From the NCBI RefSeq assembly GCF_006345805.1, contig NC_042999.1, forward strand, positions 76,322,001 through 76,386,000: a DNA stretch of 64,000 bases. The letters are read 5' to 3'. This document shows positions 14,229 to 28,565 of the stretch, piece after piece (position 1 is the stretch's first letter; each line of letters starts with the position of its first letter). Position numbers and translations under genes: made by a program. The notes beneath the pieces were generated by a model, which was not told the DNA's origin, did not search any database, and saw nothing but the letters and a program-made list of their open reading frames with translations. Source of the stretch: Octopus sinensis (taxonomy: Eukaryota).

Positions 14229-14930
14229 CCGCCACTTTATATCATATTTACTCCAATATTATCATTGCCTCTGTGCCAACAATAACAATTATTATATATG
14301 ATGCAATAACTCAAGATTTATACTTGTATGCAACATACAGTAAGTTGCACTTTTAATCATAGTACAGTATTGCGGGAAGCAAAATCAGAGTTGCACACGG
14401 GTGCCACTACTGCCACTCCTGAAACAACAATGCTTGAAAATAGAAATAATCGGCATAGTAATAGATGTCACGGCATTCATTTAGATAATAGGCAGACAAA
14501 TACATAATCGGATTCACGCCAAATAGAAAATTGCCCAGCTAGCCTCTCCGCATACACACATTATACAGTACCACTGTTACAAAGAGAGGTAATTTTAAAC
14601 GACTGCACGGAGAGAATGCGGAGAAACTATGCAATAAAGTGAAAAGAGTGAATAAAAGAAATATGGATTTCTCAGAAAGGTTCAAAGCCATAAATTTTGG
14701 GAAAGGAACCAAGCAATCGTATTGGCCTAGATGCTTGTCTGCTATTTATTTCATCCACTTCAGAATGATGAAATACAAACTATAAATAAATATCGCAAAG
14801 AATTTTGTCCGTGTTCTAAGTATTCGGTCATATCACACTGCCAAGTATTTGTTATTGAAAATAGCTTCTGAAATAGATTATGAGACATCTCTTTGCAACC
14901 AAATATGGGGCCGGTGACCAGATACGATCG

Positions 14931-14982
<52 letters not shown>

Positions 14983-16024
14983 CAAGTGTTTGAGGCGGAG
15001 TTTATGGCTTAATCATTTGCTTTATCAATGGAAGCAGAGCAGTACTCATAATATTTTCAAGTTCTCAGATAATGTTAGGGAGAAAACCAGAGACCTGACG
15101 TGAATGTCGCAACCGAGTGGAACCAGATAAAGGCATCTAAAGACCATGTAGTAGTGATAGAATAGTCGATCGGTGATTATCACTACTAGGAACCGTTCCT
15201 CCGGCGTATTTCCATATAGTTTCTATATATGAAATTCTACTTCCAAGGTCTCGGTCAACACAAGAGGATTCTAGAGCACACTTGACAAAGTCGCCGCACA
15301 GTGACAGACTCGAAGCTAAAGAATCAGAAAGATTGAATATTTCTCAATGTTTGCAAAACGACTGAAAAAACATTTGAACACATAAATAAAATTACACTTT
15401 ATTTTTCATAGGATCATTGCGAAAACAACAAACCAGTATTTTCATTAGACTGAGGTCCGTAGTGAAAGACTATTTTAACAATTGCAATTCTCTTTAACAT
15501 TACAATAGTAAAAGGCCACATTCTGTCGGGGAGTTTCCAGTCAAATTAACCAACTCAGTAAATTATTTATTTTATTGATCCCACACGGATAAAAATGCAA
15601 ATTTATTAAGGCAAGGTAACCAGATTAATTAGCGCTTAGCATATAAACTAAATGCCATAATATGTATTCTGTACACAGCATTTTGTAAAAATTTCTAGCA
15701 TGGGCATTTTGCCAGAAATTTGGGCGATAGGATATAGTCCATTTAGATCGATCTTCAGAAATTTACATCTACTTTATTTATCGACCCTGAAAACATGAAA
15801 TGGTAATGCCAACCAGAGCAGATTTTTGAAAATATAATATAAAGTGATGCAACTTAAAACCATGGAGAATTCTATTTGATTCTCTAAATATCTGTAATGT
15901 GTATATACGTATGTCTTTATCTGCCTATCTAGCCACCTACTTACCTTCCTAATCTACCTACATAATTGACGTTCTGCTTATCTCTACCACTATATTTATT
16001 GCTGCGCACGTCTCTTTATCTAGT

Positions 16025-16070
<46 letters not shown>

Positions 16071-16761
16071 GTCACCATCATCATTAGCAGCAGGAACAAT
16101 GGAGAGCTACATGATCAAGGCGCCACCATAGCCGCCACACTTTAGCAGAAAAATGCATAAATGCGGGGTTGCGACGTTTGGTTTCAATCTGACAGACATA
16201 TTTACATTAGCAATGGTAGCGCGAATATTACGTAAAATTATAGTTATCAATATTTTTACCACCACCACCACCACCACCAAAATCACAACTGCAAACATCA
16301 TCATCGTCATCATTGTCAGCATCATAGTTTTGATTTGATTTGATTTTTTTTTTTACCATTCCGTAATGCTATGAACCTATAATCATTACTTTGGAAATAA
16401 TGAATGTAAAATGAATTTATGCTTCAATTGTTAGCAGCGGTTGATGCGTTAAGGCCGTGTGATCATTGTAAACTCTTTTGCTTTGTTTGGGAATGTTGAA
16501 TCAGAAATGTTATGAACAACTTTCGTTTTAATCTCTATGAAAACTCACCAAAGAAATATAGTGATGTGTTTGTCTGCGTATGTGGAAAGGTGTATTTGTG
16601 TCTATGTGGTGTTTGGGTATATGATAGTGTGTGTGGGGGCGGTTATGATGTGGGAGGGTCGTGTTTGTTTTGTGATTTGTTGGTGATTTTTGCCAAATTA
16701 TAATTCTAAACAATTGTTTATAATATTTCTTATTCACACTCGTTCCTTCCCATTACACTGC

Positions 16762-16792
<31 letters not shown>

Positions 16793-16899
16793 TTTCTCTC
16801 AATCCAAATCTATTGCTTTGTTGCTTTTTAATCCTTATCTTTTTGTTTTTAGTTTAATTTCCAGTTATCAATCATATCCATCCAACTGTTCATCTGTCC

Positions 16900-16938
16900 A
16901 TCTATGTATGTATGTATGTATGTATGTATGTATGTATG

Positions 16939-16998
<60 letters not shown>

Positions 16999-17250
16999 CG
17001 TATAGTTTTATCTATGTCCGTCTATTCATCTATCTACCTATCCATCCATCCATCTATCTATCCTTCTATTTATCCACCTGTCTACATATTTCTCCGTGTA
17101 TCCATGCATTATTCCTTCTATCTATGCATTTATCCATTACACTCTCATTTTATCTATTTATGTACCTATCTATCAATTCATCCATCTACGTATACATTTA
17201 TACATCTGGCTGTTTATCTCCTCCGCCTTGTCTCTCTCCCTTTCTATCTG

Positions 17251-17287
<37 letters not shown>

Positions 17288-17298
17288 ATATCTATCTA

Positions 17299-17343
<45 letters not shown>

Positions 17344-17360
17344 GTCTGTCTATCTATCTC
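16900..17360. repeat. Compound (TATG)n/(TATC)n/(TA)n microsatellite
   Basis: Directly visible. Confidence 0.9.
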
Positions 17361-17377
17361 TCTTTCTTTTTCTATCT

Positions 17378-17782
17378 TTTACTTGTTTCAGTCATTTGAC
17401 TGCGGCCATGCTGGAGCACCGCCTTTAATCGAGCAACTCGACCCCGGGACTTTATTCTTTTGTAAGCGCAGTACTTATTCTATCGGTATCTTTTGCCGAA
17501 CCGCTAAGTAACGGGGACATAAACACACCAGCATCGGTTGTCAAGCAATGCTAGGGGGACAAACACAGACACACAAACACACACACACGCATATATATAT
17601 ATATATATATACATATATACGACAGGCTTCTTTCAGTTTCCGTCTACCAAATCCACTCACAAGGCTTTGGTCGGCCCGAGGCTATAGTAGAAGACACTTG
17701 CCCAAAGTGCCACGCAATGGGACTGAACCCAGAACCATGTGGTTGGTAAGCAAGCTGCTTACCACACAGCCACACCTGCGCC
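17378..17782 (-). mobile_element. Full-length SINE family B (tRNA head, CORE-like gcactttgggcaagtgtctt, internal TA/TG microsatellite, tail ...gactgaaacaagtaaaa)
   Basis: Colinear with 55695-56066 over its whole length; inserted in a (TCTA)n tract. Confidence 0.9.
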
Positions 17783-18202
17783 ATCTTTCTATCTATCTAT
17801 CTATCTATCTACGTACCTACCTAAATTCGTTGCTTCGATGCTATACTGTGATATTAATGGTCGGTTTAGGTTGCTTAAAAATCCCAATACATGACTTACA
17901 CTAGTCTGGCTGATCAGTCTTTTACCATCCATACATTTCTTGTACATAACGCAAGGTGTTTATTTATTTCCATTCTTCTTAGCTTTGGCTTAAAAATCTA
18001 TCGATATATTTTGTGGTACAATATGGTGTTGAAACAGACCACTGTTAGATAATTTGAAAATAGTTCCCAAAAACATGTTCTCTGTATTAATTGCTCTGGC
18101 AATCAGCTTAATCCCTAAATACTAGAACGATTATAAGCAGTGTCTCGACAGAAAATTCAAACGAATGGTGCAGAACCCTGTCTTTCTTCTCACACAAATA
18201 TT

Positions 18203-18411
18203 CTTTCCTACTCTAGGCACAAGGCCCGAAATTTCGAGGGAAGGAGCCAGTCGATTAGATCGACTGAGTTCGCAACTGGTACTTAATTTATCGATCCCGA
18301 AAGGTTGAAAAGCAAAGTCGACCTCGGCAGAATTTGAACTCAAAACATAAAGACAAACGAAATACCGCTAAACATTTCGCTCGGTGTGGTCACATTTCTG
18401 CCAGCTCACCG
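18203..18411 (-). mobile_element. SINE family A with 18-bp target-site duplication
   Basis: tcttctcacacaaatatt is present at 18185-18202 and 18412-18429; body colinear with 46897-47128. Confidence 0.9.
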
Positions 18412-18469
18412 TCTTCTCACACAAATATTGTAAATATAAGCATTAACGACTTACTATAAACAGAAAAAA

Positions 18470-18689
18470 ATGTTCACACGTAGCTGTATAGCAGGAGGTT
18501 TGCTTCTCAAGTATATGGTTTCATGTTCAGTCCCGCTGTGTGGCACCTTGGGTGAGTGCCTTGTACTATAGCCTCGAGCTGACTAAAGACTTAGTAGCGG
18601 ATTTGTCTGACAGAAACCCAAAGAAACCCGTTGTAAATATCAATACAGTATATATATATATACATATACATGCTTACATATATGCATAG

Positions 18690-18733
<44 letters not shown>

Positions 18734-19028
18734 GTGTGTGTGTGAGTGTGTGTCTGTGTGTGTGTGTGTACGTATGTATATATGTATGTATTTATCCATG
18801 TATGTATGTGTGTTTGTGTTTTTGTGTTTTGTTTGTCCCCCCACCAGCCCTTGACAACCGATGCTAGTTTGTTTATGACCACGCAACTTAACGGTCCGGG
18901 GAAAGAGACCTATATAATACATATCAGACTTCAAAACGTATAAGTACTAAGATTCATTTGCTCGTCTAGAAAGGCTTTGAAGGCGACACTCAAGCATGAC
19001 TGCGGTTAAAGACTCAACCAAATAAAAG
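18470..19028 (+). mobile_element. SINE family B, diverged
   Basis: ttcagtccc...ggcaccttggg head, internal microsatellite, family B tail. Confidence 0.8.
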
Positions 19029-19061
19029 ATATTCTCTATGACATTTTTGTATATATGTAAG

Positions 19062-19127
<66 letters not shown>

Positions 19128-19168
19128 CCTACCTATCTATCTATCTATCTATCTACCTACCTACCTAC

Positions 19169-19230
<62 letters not shown>

Positions 19231-20059
19231 CTTCCCTGTCTTTGTCTGTCTGCCTATCAGTCTGACTGTCTACTTGCCTATGTTCTGTATCCATTATTCT
19301 ACTTCCAACTCATGTACTTAACAGCATTCCACTTTCTCACACTTCTATTTATTTTCCCTATGGCTGCGTATACTCCAGAAGTTTTTGTTATTTTGTTCTA
19401 AGTTACTCTTCACCCGTTTTCCGGACCCTTTTTCACAATTCACAATTAGCTTTAACCTAACTGACCTCTCTCTCGCTCTCTCTCTCTCTCCCTCTCTCTT
19501 TCTCTTTCTCATGCTCTAGATGGCTGTATGGATAGCGTAGATATGGTTTTTCGTAAAATTTCAGATAACGGATGAAGAAATCCGTTTTTTTTTTTTATAT
19601 ACCTAGGTGATATGTTATGGTATGAAATCTGTATCACTAATCAGCTTAAGAAGTCAGCTTAAGAAGTTAGCCTGTCAATCTTGAAGTTCCTCGTAGTCCA
19701 AATCCACAATTATTATCGGTGCACGATATACGTCAGCAAATATGGAGTCATATCAATCAACTTAGCTGTGACCACACTGTGATGGATGCGTCAGATTAGT
19801 CAAGATGGATGCTCCCTTTATCTTCTGTGTGTATGTATGTATGTATGTATGTATGTATGTATGTATGTATGTATGTATTCATTTTGTCTGTGTGTATATG
19901 TGTATGTATATATGTAAGTGATGGTGCATGCGCATAAGTTCATGAGAGTGCGTGTATATATATGTACATGTGTCTTTGTATTATAATTTAAATGAACCTA
20001 ACAAAACGCATTTTGTTGATCCCACTGTTTTAATACATCATGCTCACAGTCGTTATTGA

Positions 20060-20270
20060 TTCCAAATTTTATCTTAAGGCTAGACATTTCGGGGAAGAGA
20101 CTAAGCCTATTACATTGCCCCTAAGATTCAACCGGTACTTATTTTATCTATCGACACCCGAAAGGATGAATAGGAAAGTTGACCTCAGCGGAATTTGAAC
20201 ACAGAATGTAGAGACAGACGAAATGCCGCTAAACATTATACCAGACGTGGTAACGATTTTGTCGGCTCCC
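20060..20270 (-). mobile_element. SINE family A, diverged
   Basis: cccgaaaggatgaa...gacctcagcggaatttgaac central domain. Confidence 0.75.
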
Positions 20271-20408
20271 TATTCAATCCACAATCACTATTAATGCATT
20301 GTATATTTTACTGTCACATTAATGTTTCACAGGACAGGTAACCTCAAGGGACACTCTCTCACACACACACACACACTTACACACAGAGATAGTGAGAGAG
20401 AGATGGGA

Positions 20409-20493
<85 letters not shown>

Positions 20494-20631
20494 CAAAGAA
20501 ATATTTCGTACATCCATCAACATGTGTATGTACATTTATATATATTTACCGAGTTTCAGGTGCGAAAGATGTAATATTAAACAAAACCAAAGTAAGAAAT
20601 ATCAAGAATTTACCCTGTGTCATACGTTATA

Positions 20632-20962
20632 GTCATAGCGTGGCTATGTGGTATGAAGCCTACTTAGCAACAACATGGTTTCGGGTTCAGTCCCACTGCG
20701 TGGCACTTTAGACAAGCGCCTACTACTATAGCCTCGGGCTAATCAAAGCCTTCTGAGTGGATTTGATAGAGGGAAACTAAAAGAAGCCTATTGTATACGT
20801 ATGTATATATTTGTATTTATCTATGTGTGTGTGTGTCTTTGTGTCTGTGTTTCTCCAAATAATACCGCCTGACAATTAGTGTTGGTGTGTTTACGCACCT
20901 GCAACAGCAACATAGCGGTTCGATAAAGAGCCCGATAGAATCAGTACTAGGCTTAAGAAATA
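20632..20962 (+). mobile_element. SINE family B, 3'-truncated
   Basis: gggttcagtcccactgcgtggcac head and body matching 55695-56066. Confidence 0.8.
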
Positions 20963-22718
20963 CACACACACACATACGCACACACGCACGCACAAACCCA
21001 AAAACACACACACACATACAATGCCTCTCTCTTTCTCTCTCTCTGCTTGTACAGCGGCCTCTTTCTCTCTTCTTCCTTCTCTCTCTGACAAAGCAAAAGC
21101 ATCACAGAAAACTGTTATTCACTGTTTCACGTTCCCGCCCAGCGGACAGTTGTGATTATGACACGGGAACATGAAACTCTGAGTAACAATTTTTGAAATG
21201 CTTTTGCAGCTTAAATAAAAAAAAAAAAAACATATTACTCTAGCTTCGGTATTCGAGTACTATTTTATCCACCTTGCGTTTAAGTGCTTACTCGTGTGTG
21301 TGTGTGTATGAATACACACACTGATTGATTATTATTAGTAATTACAAGAAGCTGAACAGGAAGTCATAGGTTCACACAGTGCGATCCAGATGAATTATTA
21401 ATCCTATCTTATATATTGTATTATCTCCCACTCAAATCTGATGCCATTACACTATAATAATTTTATGCATTTAATGTTCCTTTTCTTATATTTCCAGTAC
21501 ACCTAGCTTCTTTTTATATTTTTTACTCATTTCGTTCTCCGCGTTATTATTATTATTATTTTTTGTATGTGTATGTGTGTACTTTGTTTTATACTACTTA
21601 AATACACAAAAGATTACTTTTTTCACATGGAATAACACAAGCATGAAATTCTCTTTTATTTAATGTAATTGTTATTTTTATATTATTTTACGTATGCGCG
21701 GTTTTTCTTTTACTTCATTCTTGCAGGTTTTTATGTGAATGGTTGTCTACAGTTAATAATTCTTCTGTAAAATACCTGCGTATGGGATGTGAATGTACGT
21801 GAATAGGTTTTTCTATTCAAGTACACTTAAGTGTTTTATGTGTGAGCAATCAACTCACTGTAAGCTTGTGTGTTGCGTGCGTCAGTATTTATGTGTCTGT
21901 GTTTTATGTGCATATGTGCATGCGTACCTTTATGTGTCCGTACGCATGTGCTGTGTGTGCGTGTATTTGTAAGTATATCCATTTAAAGAATTTACAATTT
22001 CGTCTCACACTACTTACTCGTTCCAACCACATTACTATTACTTTGAATAGCAATACTCTACACTCCTCTGTATTTTCTACTTCGTACGGCGCACTAAACT
22101 GAATGAGCTCTACCCAACGTTCCATATGTTTTAATTCCCTTAACATTATACAACTATATCTTTCGATGATTAATTCGAATCTTTCACTGACATTCTAAAT
22201 TATTAATGACCGGTCGAATCTACCAGGCTGAATTTTACGGTTCGTCGCATTTCTATCAAACAGATTGGAATTGTCTACAATCGATAAAAGAAAGCGATAA
22301 CTCATAAAAGCATTGCTTATTTTATCGATCCTTTGTTTTTGTTTTCCTTTTTTTTTTCTTTTCTTGTAAGTCTCTGCTACGGCTTTTTCGTTGATGTTTA
22401 TCTTTGCTTTAGTTTTCATTGATACGCCTACTTGTTTACAAGTTCAGTGGATGAGAGAGAGAGAGAGAGACAGAGGCAGAGAGAAAGAGAGAGACAGACG
22501 GGCAGACAGGTAGGTAGGCAGACAAACGGATAGACAGACTGAGATAGAGACAGTCAGAGGAAGAGAGAGATAGAAAGAGAGTCAGTCAAAGAGAGACGGA
22601 AGGAGAGAGAAGTGGTCTGTCAGAGAGAGAAGGAAGAAGAGAGAAAGAGACTGCCGGAGAAGCAGAGAGAGAAAGAGAGAGGCATTGTATGTGTGCGTGT
22701 GTTTGTGTGTGTGTGTGT

Positions 22719-22766
<48 letters not shown>

Positions 22767-24023
22767 TAATTAGATAGATGGTCAGTTACATATGTCCGTC
22801 AGTGTATTCGATCATACTTATCTATAAGTATATATTCACCATATAAATGTGAAGACTGCGCAAATAGACATACGTTTATAGATTGCCACACATATAGAAG
22901 AGATGTATACAAGTGTACGTATGTCTACGTATAAATTGCTTCACAATTATTCGATACTTTGGGTGGTTCTACTCCAGTCCAAGGACGAGTTAAAAAGGCA
23001 GGAAATGTCCAAAACTTATGGGAGTGTATTCATTAAGAATATGCGTATAATTACATGTGTATATTGGTGCATGCATGTAAATGTGATAGTTAATGCCTCA
23101 GAAAAAGGGAAACTACACATAAAGATGTTTATTTTCCTCATAAATAAAAACAATGGATTTACATGAATAGAAGAGTGTGAATTGGTTTTGGGTTGAAAGG
23201 ACCATTCAATATGTATAAAAAGTCACTACGAGCTTTATTAGTAATTTGATCTTAGTCACTATCACTCTTTTTCTCTCCCATTTCTCCCCCATTTCTCTCT
23301 TCCAACCCTTTTCGTGCTTTTGCTCTCACAGGGAATATACTAGTCAATGGTATACAATATATTTTATGAATGGAAATATATATTTTCACACCACCTGGAA
23401 TAAAACGTTTTATCAATCAATTTCACAAACGAGAGTACGAGAGGAAGAATCCATAGTTTCCAGGACAACAATTGAAGGAGAACGCTGGAAAATCTTCCTT
23501 TAGCTTCTAATGTTGAATTTTATGTCCCTTTTAATGTATACGCCCAGAAATCTAGAAATCAAAAGAGTTAATAACCCATTCAAGAATGCTGCTGATCACG
23601 CAAAGAACATATAAGTCACTAAATCAGATAAAAAGAAACCAATCGAAGGTATAAGCACAATGACTAAGAATATTTGCCTTTAATTAATTTTTCCTCGCGG
23701 AAACGAGACACAGTCATTAAAACACCACAAATTATCAACTCCTGGCCAACACCTGATGAATCTTTCGAAATTGGTAAAAATAACCATTCTAGAGGACTCG
23801 CAGCAATACGAGTTTAAGCAGCTGATAAAATGAGATATCAGTCATGTACTTAATTTATAAAACTATCATAAAACGAAACGTACATTTTTCACCATAATAA
23901 AGATTATAATTGGGGTTAGGGTGCACAACACATGGTATTCGGTTACCCATTTTCATTTAAGTGAGTAGCTGAATACTATGTCTTCCCTTTTATCCTTCTT
24001 TATTTAAAACACATATATTGCAA

Positions 24024-24156
24024 TTCTATCTTTTATTTGTTTCAGTAGTTAGACTGCAACTATGCTAGGGCATCGGTCCCAGTACTTATTTTTTTAAACA
24101 TCTTCTCTTTTGCTGAACCGCTAAGTTACGGGGACATAAATGCACCAGCGCTGGTT

Positions 24157-24208
<52 letters not shown>

Positions 24209-24389
24209 TATATATAGATATATATACGAGGGGCTTCTTTCAGTTTCCGTCTAGCAAATCCATTGTCAAGGCTTTGGTCAGCCCAATGCTATAGTAGAAG
24301 ACACTTGCCCAAGGTACCACATAGAAGAACTGAACCCGGAACCGCGTCGTTAGGAAGCAAGTTTCTTACCACACAGCCACACCTGTACC
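24024..24389 (-). mobile_element. SINE family B with internal deletions
   Basis: Colinear with 17378-17782. Confidence 0.8.
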
Positions 24390-25286
24390 TATAAAATTAA
24401 ATTGTATATAAAATATAAATATATTAAATTACAGTACATTATCTAATATTGTCGCAGTTTTGCAGTACGGTATGTTATATATGACACTATAAGGTCTTAA
24501 AGACCATTTAGGACCGAAATTTGAGTTGTATATTGTACTTAGTAGGAAAGTATACTTGAACGACATAAGAAATGAATAGTTGAAACGTTGGCATTCAAAT
24601 CTTTGCTCCATAAAGATGAAGGTTAGTTAACCTTTTGTTATAACTTTGCCTGAAAATTATATCATAAATATAGAAATCTTGAAACCGGAAAACGTGAAAC
24701 ATCGTTAAATAATAGATTACTGTGGACAAGAAATATCATAAGCTGTTACTTAGCACATGAACATAACGGCAAGTAAAAGCTGCGTACTAAATGGAAAGTA
24801 TAATAGTTCAGTAGCATAGCGTCATCTCACCTGACATTTAAAATGAATTCCATGAAGTGAGTGATGATAATGGCGAAGGGGTTGAGAGGGAAGAGAAAAA
24901 AATGAAAATGAAACAACAATTTAGCGAGCAGAAGATTATAAGGATAATAAATTGAACGGGAAGTAGAAACGGAAAGTGAAACCTTAAATACTCAATCGCC
25001 CATAACTTTTGATATTTTATGGAAACATTAATTAATTCTTAATATAACAAGAGGAGAGATAGGAGAGGGGGATAAGGGGAGAAAGCGTGGAGTGGAAGGT
25101 GGTAAGAAGTGGAAGAAAAACAGGAAAACACGAAAAAGGGAAAGGAAATACAGTTGTAGTAAACTTTGCAGCGTTTAGTTTTGTACCTCTTTACAGTATG
25201 AGTTCAAATTACAATCCGATGTCGGTCTTTCTGGATACTAGTCATCTACTGAGGCTGATTTGACAATATCCATCTACTATATATAC

Positions 25287-25495
25287 TACGGGGTGGTGCA
25301 AAGATCCTCTAACCGCGAAAGGCCTGGTTAGAGGCCCAAACTCCCGAGTTCTTCTCCGGGGCTTAGAAAAACTGAAGGACCGCTGCAATATGTGTGTGAA
25401 TCTGAGAGGGGAATATGTTTAATAAGATCATAATCAAAAGATGTTCCTGTATTTCCTTTTATTGAAAGTTAAGAAGTTTTCAACACTCCACCATA
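25287..25495 (+). mobile_element. Mariner-derived miniature element (transposase C-terminal remnant between imperfect TIRs)
   Basis: Internal translation approximately EFFSGA/LEKLKDRCNMCVNLRGEYV (frameshifted) resembles the mariner C-terminal motif (..L..RW.KCV...G.Y); imperfect TIRs tacggggtggtgcaaa / ttttcaacactccaccata with TA ends. Confidence 0.6.
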
Positions 25496-25859
25496 AATGA
25501 CTCTATCGAAAGTAGCATTAATTTTCTTAGGTCATTCAATTTACCTCAATTGATCGATAGACCAATTGAGTAAAGCGATTAATAACGTACCTATGAAGAC
25601 TACTGGAAACAGCTGTGAGCCAGATTTGCTCTAACAATGAAATTATATGTAATGACCATTATTTATTTTAGCTTTTTTATTATATATATATATATATTGA
25701 CCAATTCCCATCCCCACATTTTCACACCTATACATACACACGCGCACACGTCAAGACCAACAGCCCTCTCTCACACGCACGTACGTGCTCTCTTACACAC
25801 AAGCGCACCTTCGTTCTTGAGATCACTTGTACTTTGTTATCTCCTCTACTTCTTCGCCC

Positions 25860-26077
25860 TCCTGTGTGACCCTTCTGTCTGGCAGTCGCCATGATAGGTC
25901 GGTAGCCACTACACATTTTTTTCTCTCCTTGTTTCTTTCCGTGTTCCTATCTTTGGAAGAGCGTAGACTCGAAACGTAAAATACTTTTTCAATTCCCGAG
26001 CGTTATACTAATACATCTGTTTGTTTTCTACACCACCTGCCTTCGTCTTTTGTTTCTTTGTTTTTTTCGTGAATTCT

Positions 26078-26080
<3 letters not shown>
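25860..26080 (+). mobile_element. Probable Penelope-like terminal segment abutting (TA)n, with degenerate HHR-like core
   Basis: tGGAAGA-GCGTAGACTC-GAAACGTA at ~25954-25978 with palindromic ACGT stem III; ends in (TA)n at 26081. Confidence 0.45.
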
Positions 26081-26119
<39 letters not shown>

Positions 26120-26598
26120 TTGTACTTCAAGTTACCAGAGTAGTGATAGCGAGTTGACAGACAAAAAAGAACTCCTCCGCTCATAAGTGTCCGAAATTTA
26201 TAATGGCTGTGGTAATGATGACGACGGCAAGGATGAGGAGGGGGAGGAGTGTAAGAAGAGAAAAAATAAATCACAATGATGATGACGTTGTCTACCAACT
26301 GTGGCACGAAGCAATAAATTTTTGTGCGCCGATGTAGTAGACTAAAAAATATGAAACATTTGCTTGTCACTGAAATGCACGGAATATTAATTTTAAAATG
26401 AGTGCAATGATGACAAGTTTTGGGGACAGGAAATAGTTGATTATATCAGCTCAAGTCCATCTATCGGTTCCGAAAAGATCAAAGGCTATTTCAAACTGTG
26501 AGATTTTAATTTCAGAACATAAAGAGACATAATCACACACTGAACTGTATTTGTCCGATGCTCTAATAACTTTTTCATCCATCACTAACATATAAAGC

Positions 26599-26639
<41 letters not shown>

Positions 26640-26779
26640 GTAAGAATTATGTTGACAATGATATTCATGAGGGTAAGAATGATAATGATGATGGTAATGA
26701 TGATAATGGTGGTGGTGGTGGTGGTGGTCGCGGCAGTGGCGGTGGTGGAGGTAGTGGTAATTGCTAACTTTAGCACAAC

Positions 26780-27600
26780 AACATAAATTCACTGAGTGGT
26801 TATACTAGACTTGAAAATACCAAGTACATCGGCCATGCCTTGTCAAAATTGAAAATAACCATGTAAATGCAGCTCAAAGTGAAAGTAATTATAGTACCTA
26901 TATACACGAGAAGAGAAAACTTCCAAGGAAACACCTAATATGGCCTATTCTTCTGCCTCGCTCTAACGCTAATAACAAATTTACTGAATGGAACTGCTAA
27001 TGGCTACATGTGCTAAAGACATATTATGAACAATCATCAGTACGCAGGTGATTTAAAATGTAAAGGACAAAATGCAGTTGCAAAACTAACTGGAAATGGG
27101 CATAAAATAAATAGGTATATAGACAAATTTTCTAAAGCCATTATCAGAGGGTAAATTAACTAAAAATAAGAACATTCAATTAAAAGCATCGGAATCAGAG
27201 AATTAGACCGTACACATACTTAAGAGGTGATGGAGGTGGTGTGCTACTACACAAACAGATGGATAAAACTGGAAAAGAATGTTGCAGAAGAGTCAAACTA
27301 GTATTCAAAATTGAAGCCAATGCTAAAAATAAGATAATAGGTATAATTATACTATCCGACTCGGTCATAAAAAGTTCTAAAGTAATAAACCAATAAAAAG
27401 AAATTGAAAAACTTAGAGAAAAGAAGTCAGACAATTAGAAACTACATTTTAAAGCTAACCTCCCCAAGCCTAGAACATTTAGACTATATAAACATACAAC
27501 TATAAAATAACAACAATAAACTAGGAATATATTAAGAAGCAGGTAAAGTGGAAAATGATTAGAATAATAAGGAAACATGAAGGAAACGAAACCACTATAA
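26780..27600 (+). pseudogene. Decayed reverse-transcriptase region of an R4/Dong-like non-LTR retrotransposon
   Basis: Manual translation gives NFQGNT*YGLFFCLAL (FQGDSLSPLLFCLAL box), YAGDLK (YMDDLK), PYTYL (YKYLG) and KECCRRVKLVFKIEANAKNKIIGI (KEY.RRVR.ILK.ELN.KNKI.AIN), in the correct order with many stops. Confidence 0.7.
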
Positions 27601-28494
27601 GGAAACAATAAAATACAAGCTAGAAGCTATATAGTCTGAGAAAAAGTATTCAGATAAAGACACAAAAATATAAACAAAAAACAAAAAAGAAAATCGAAAG
27701 AGAATTCAAAAACATACTGGACTATGGTGTGGTGTGTATCTCATTATCTTTGAAAGCCTTTTGCTTCGTATTTGATCCTAAAAACCAGGTCAACACAATC
27801 ACACGCCTTTTATCACTAAGCTCGCATTCAATTAATTCTTGTAAGGTATAGAAAACGCCTTGTCTCTTCGTGACGAAGAGCTGTGCTAACTTTCACATTG
27901 CCATTTCATGAACGATTCTCATGGAAAGGAAGAAAGAATATTTCTTGACCTATTCCTATCAAAATTGTTTCTATGAATACAACCTGTGTATATTAATAAG
28001 ATATTCATTGGGTTTGACATTTGGAAAATTTTGTGGCCTATGTGCCGTTTTTGTTCTTATTCAGTAACTCGTTAAAATGGTGTTCATTCGTTTTAAAAGC
28101 ACCATTATTATTTCATTCATATTAAAGACATCACTATATTTTTTTCAAAACGTTACAGCTATATTTTACAGCATTTTACCCATATTTTGGGAAAAGGGGA
28201 TCTATACGAGAAACACCTTCACTTCAGAGAAATTTGTCAAGACGTGGGGAGGCGTTTCTTACTGACATTTTGAGCTGAATATCTACAAAAATAAAAGATA
28301 AAAAATTTACCAAATAAAATGCACATTTCTTTGATTCAGATATGACAGAAAAAGTAATCTAATTTTGAAAAAAAAAATCACAAAACAATATCTGGAAAAA
28401 TTGGATATGTACATCTAAACAGAACGAAAGTTAATGACGTTTGCTAGGGTAGGAAACAACAAAGACAAAAGCAATAACAAAACAACAACAACAA

Positions 28495-28511
28495 CAATAA
28501 AAATAATAATA

Positions 28512-28565
<54 letters not shown>

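Noticed and set aside
23748-23780. CTGATGA...GAAA spacing resembling a hammerhead
   Set aside because: No stem II, stem III or stem I pairing.
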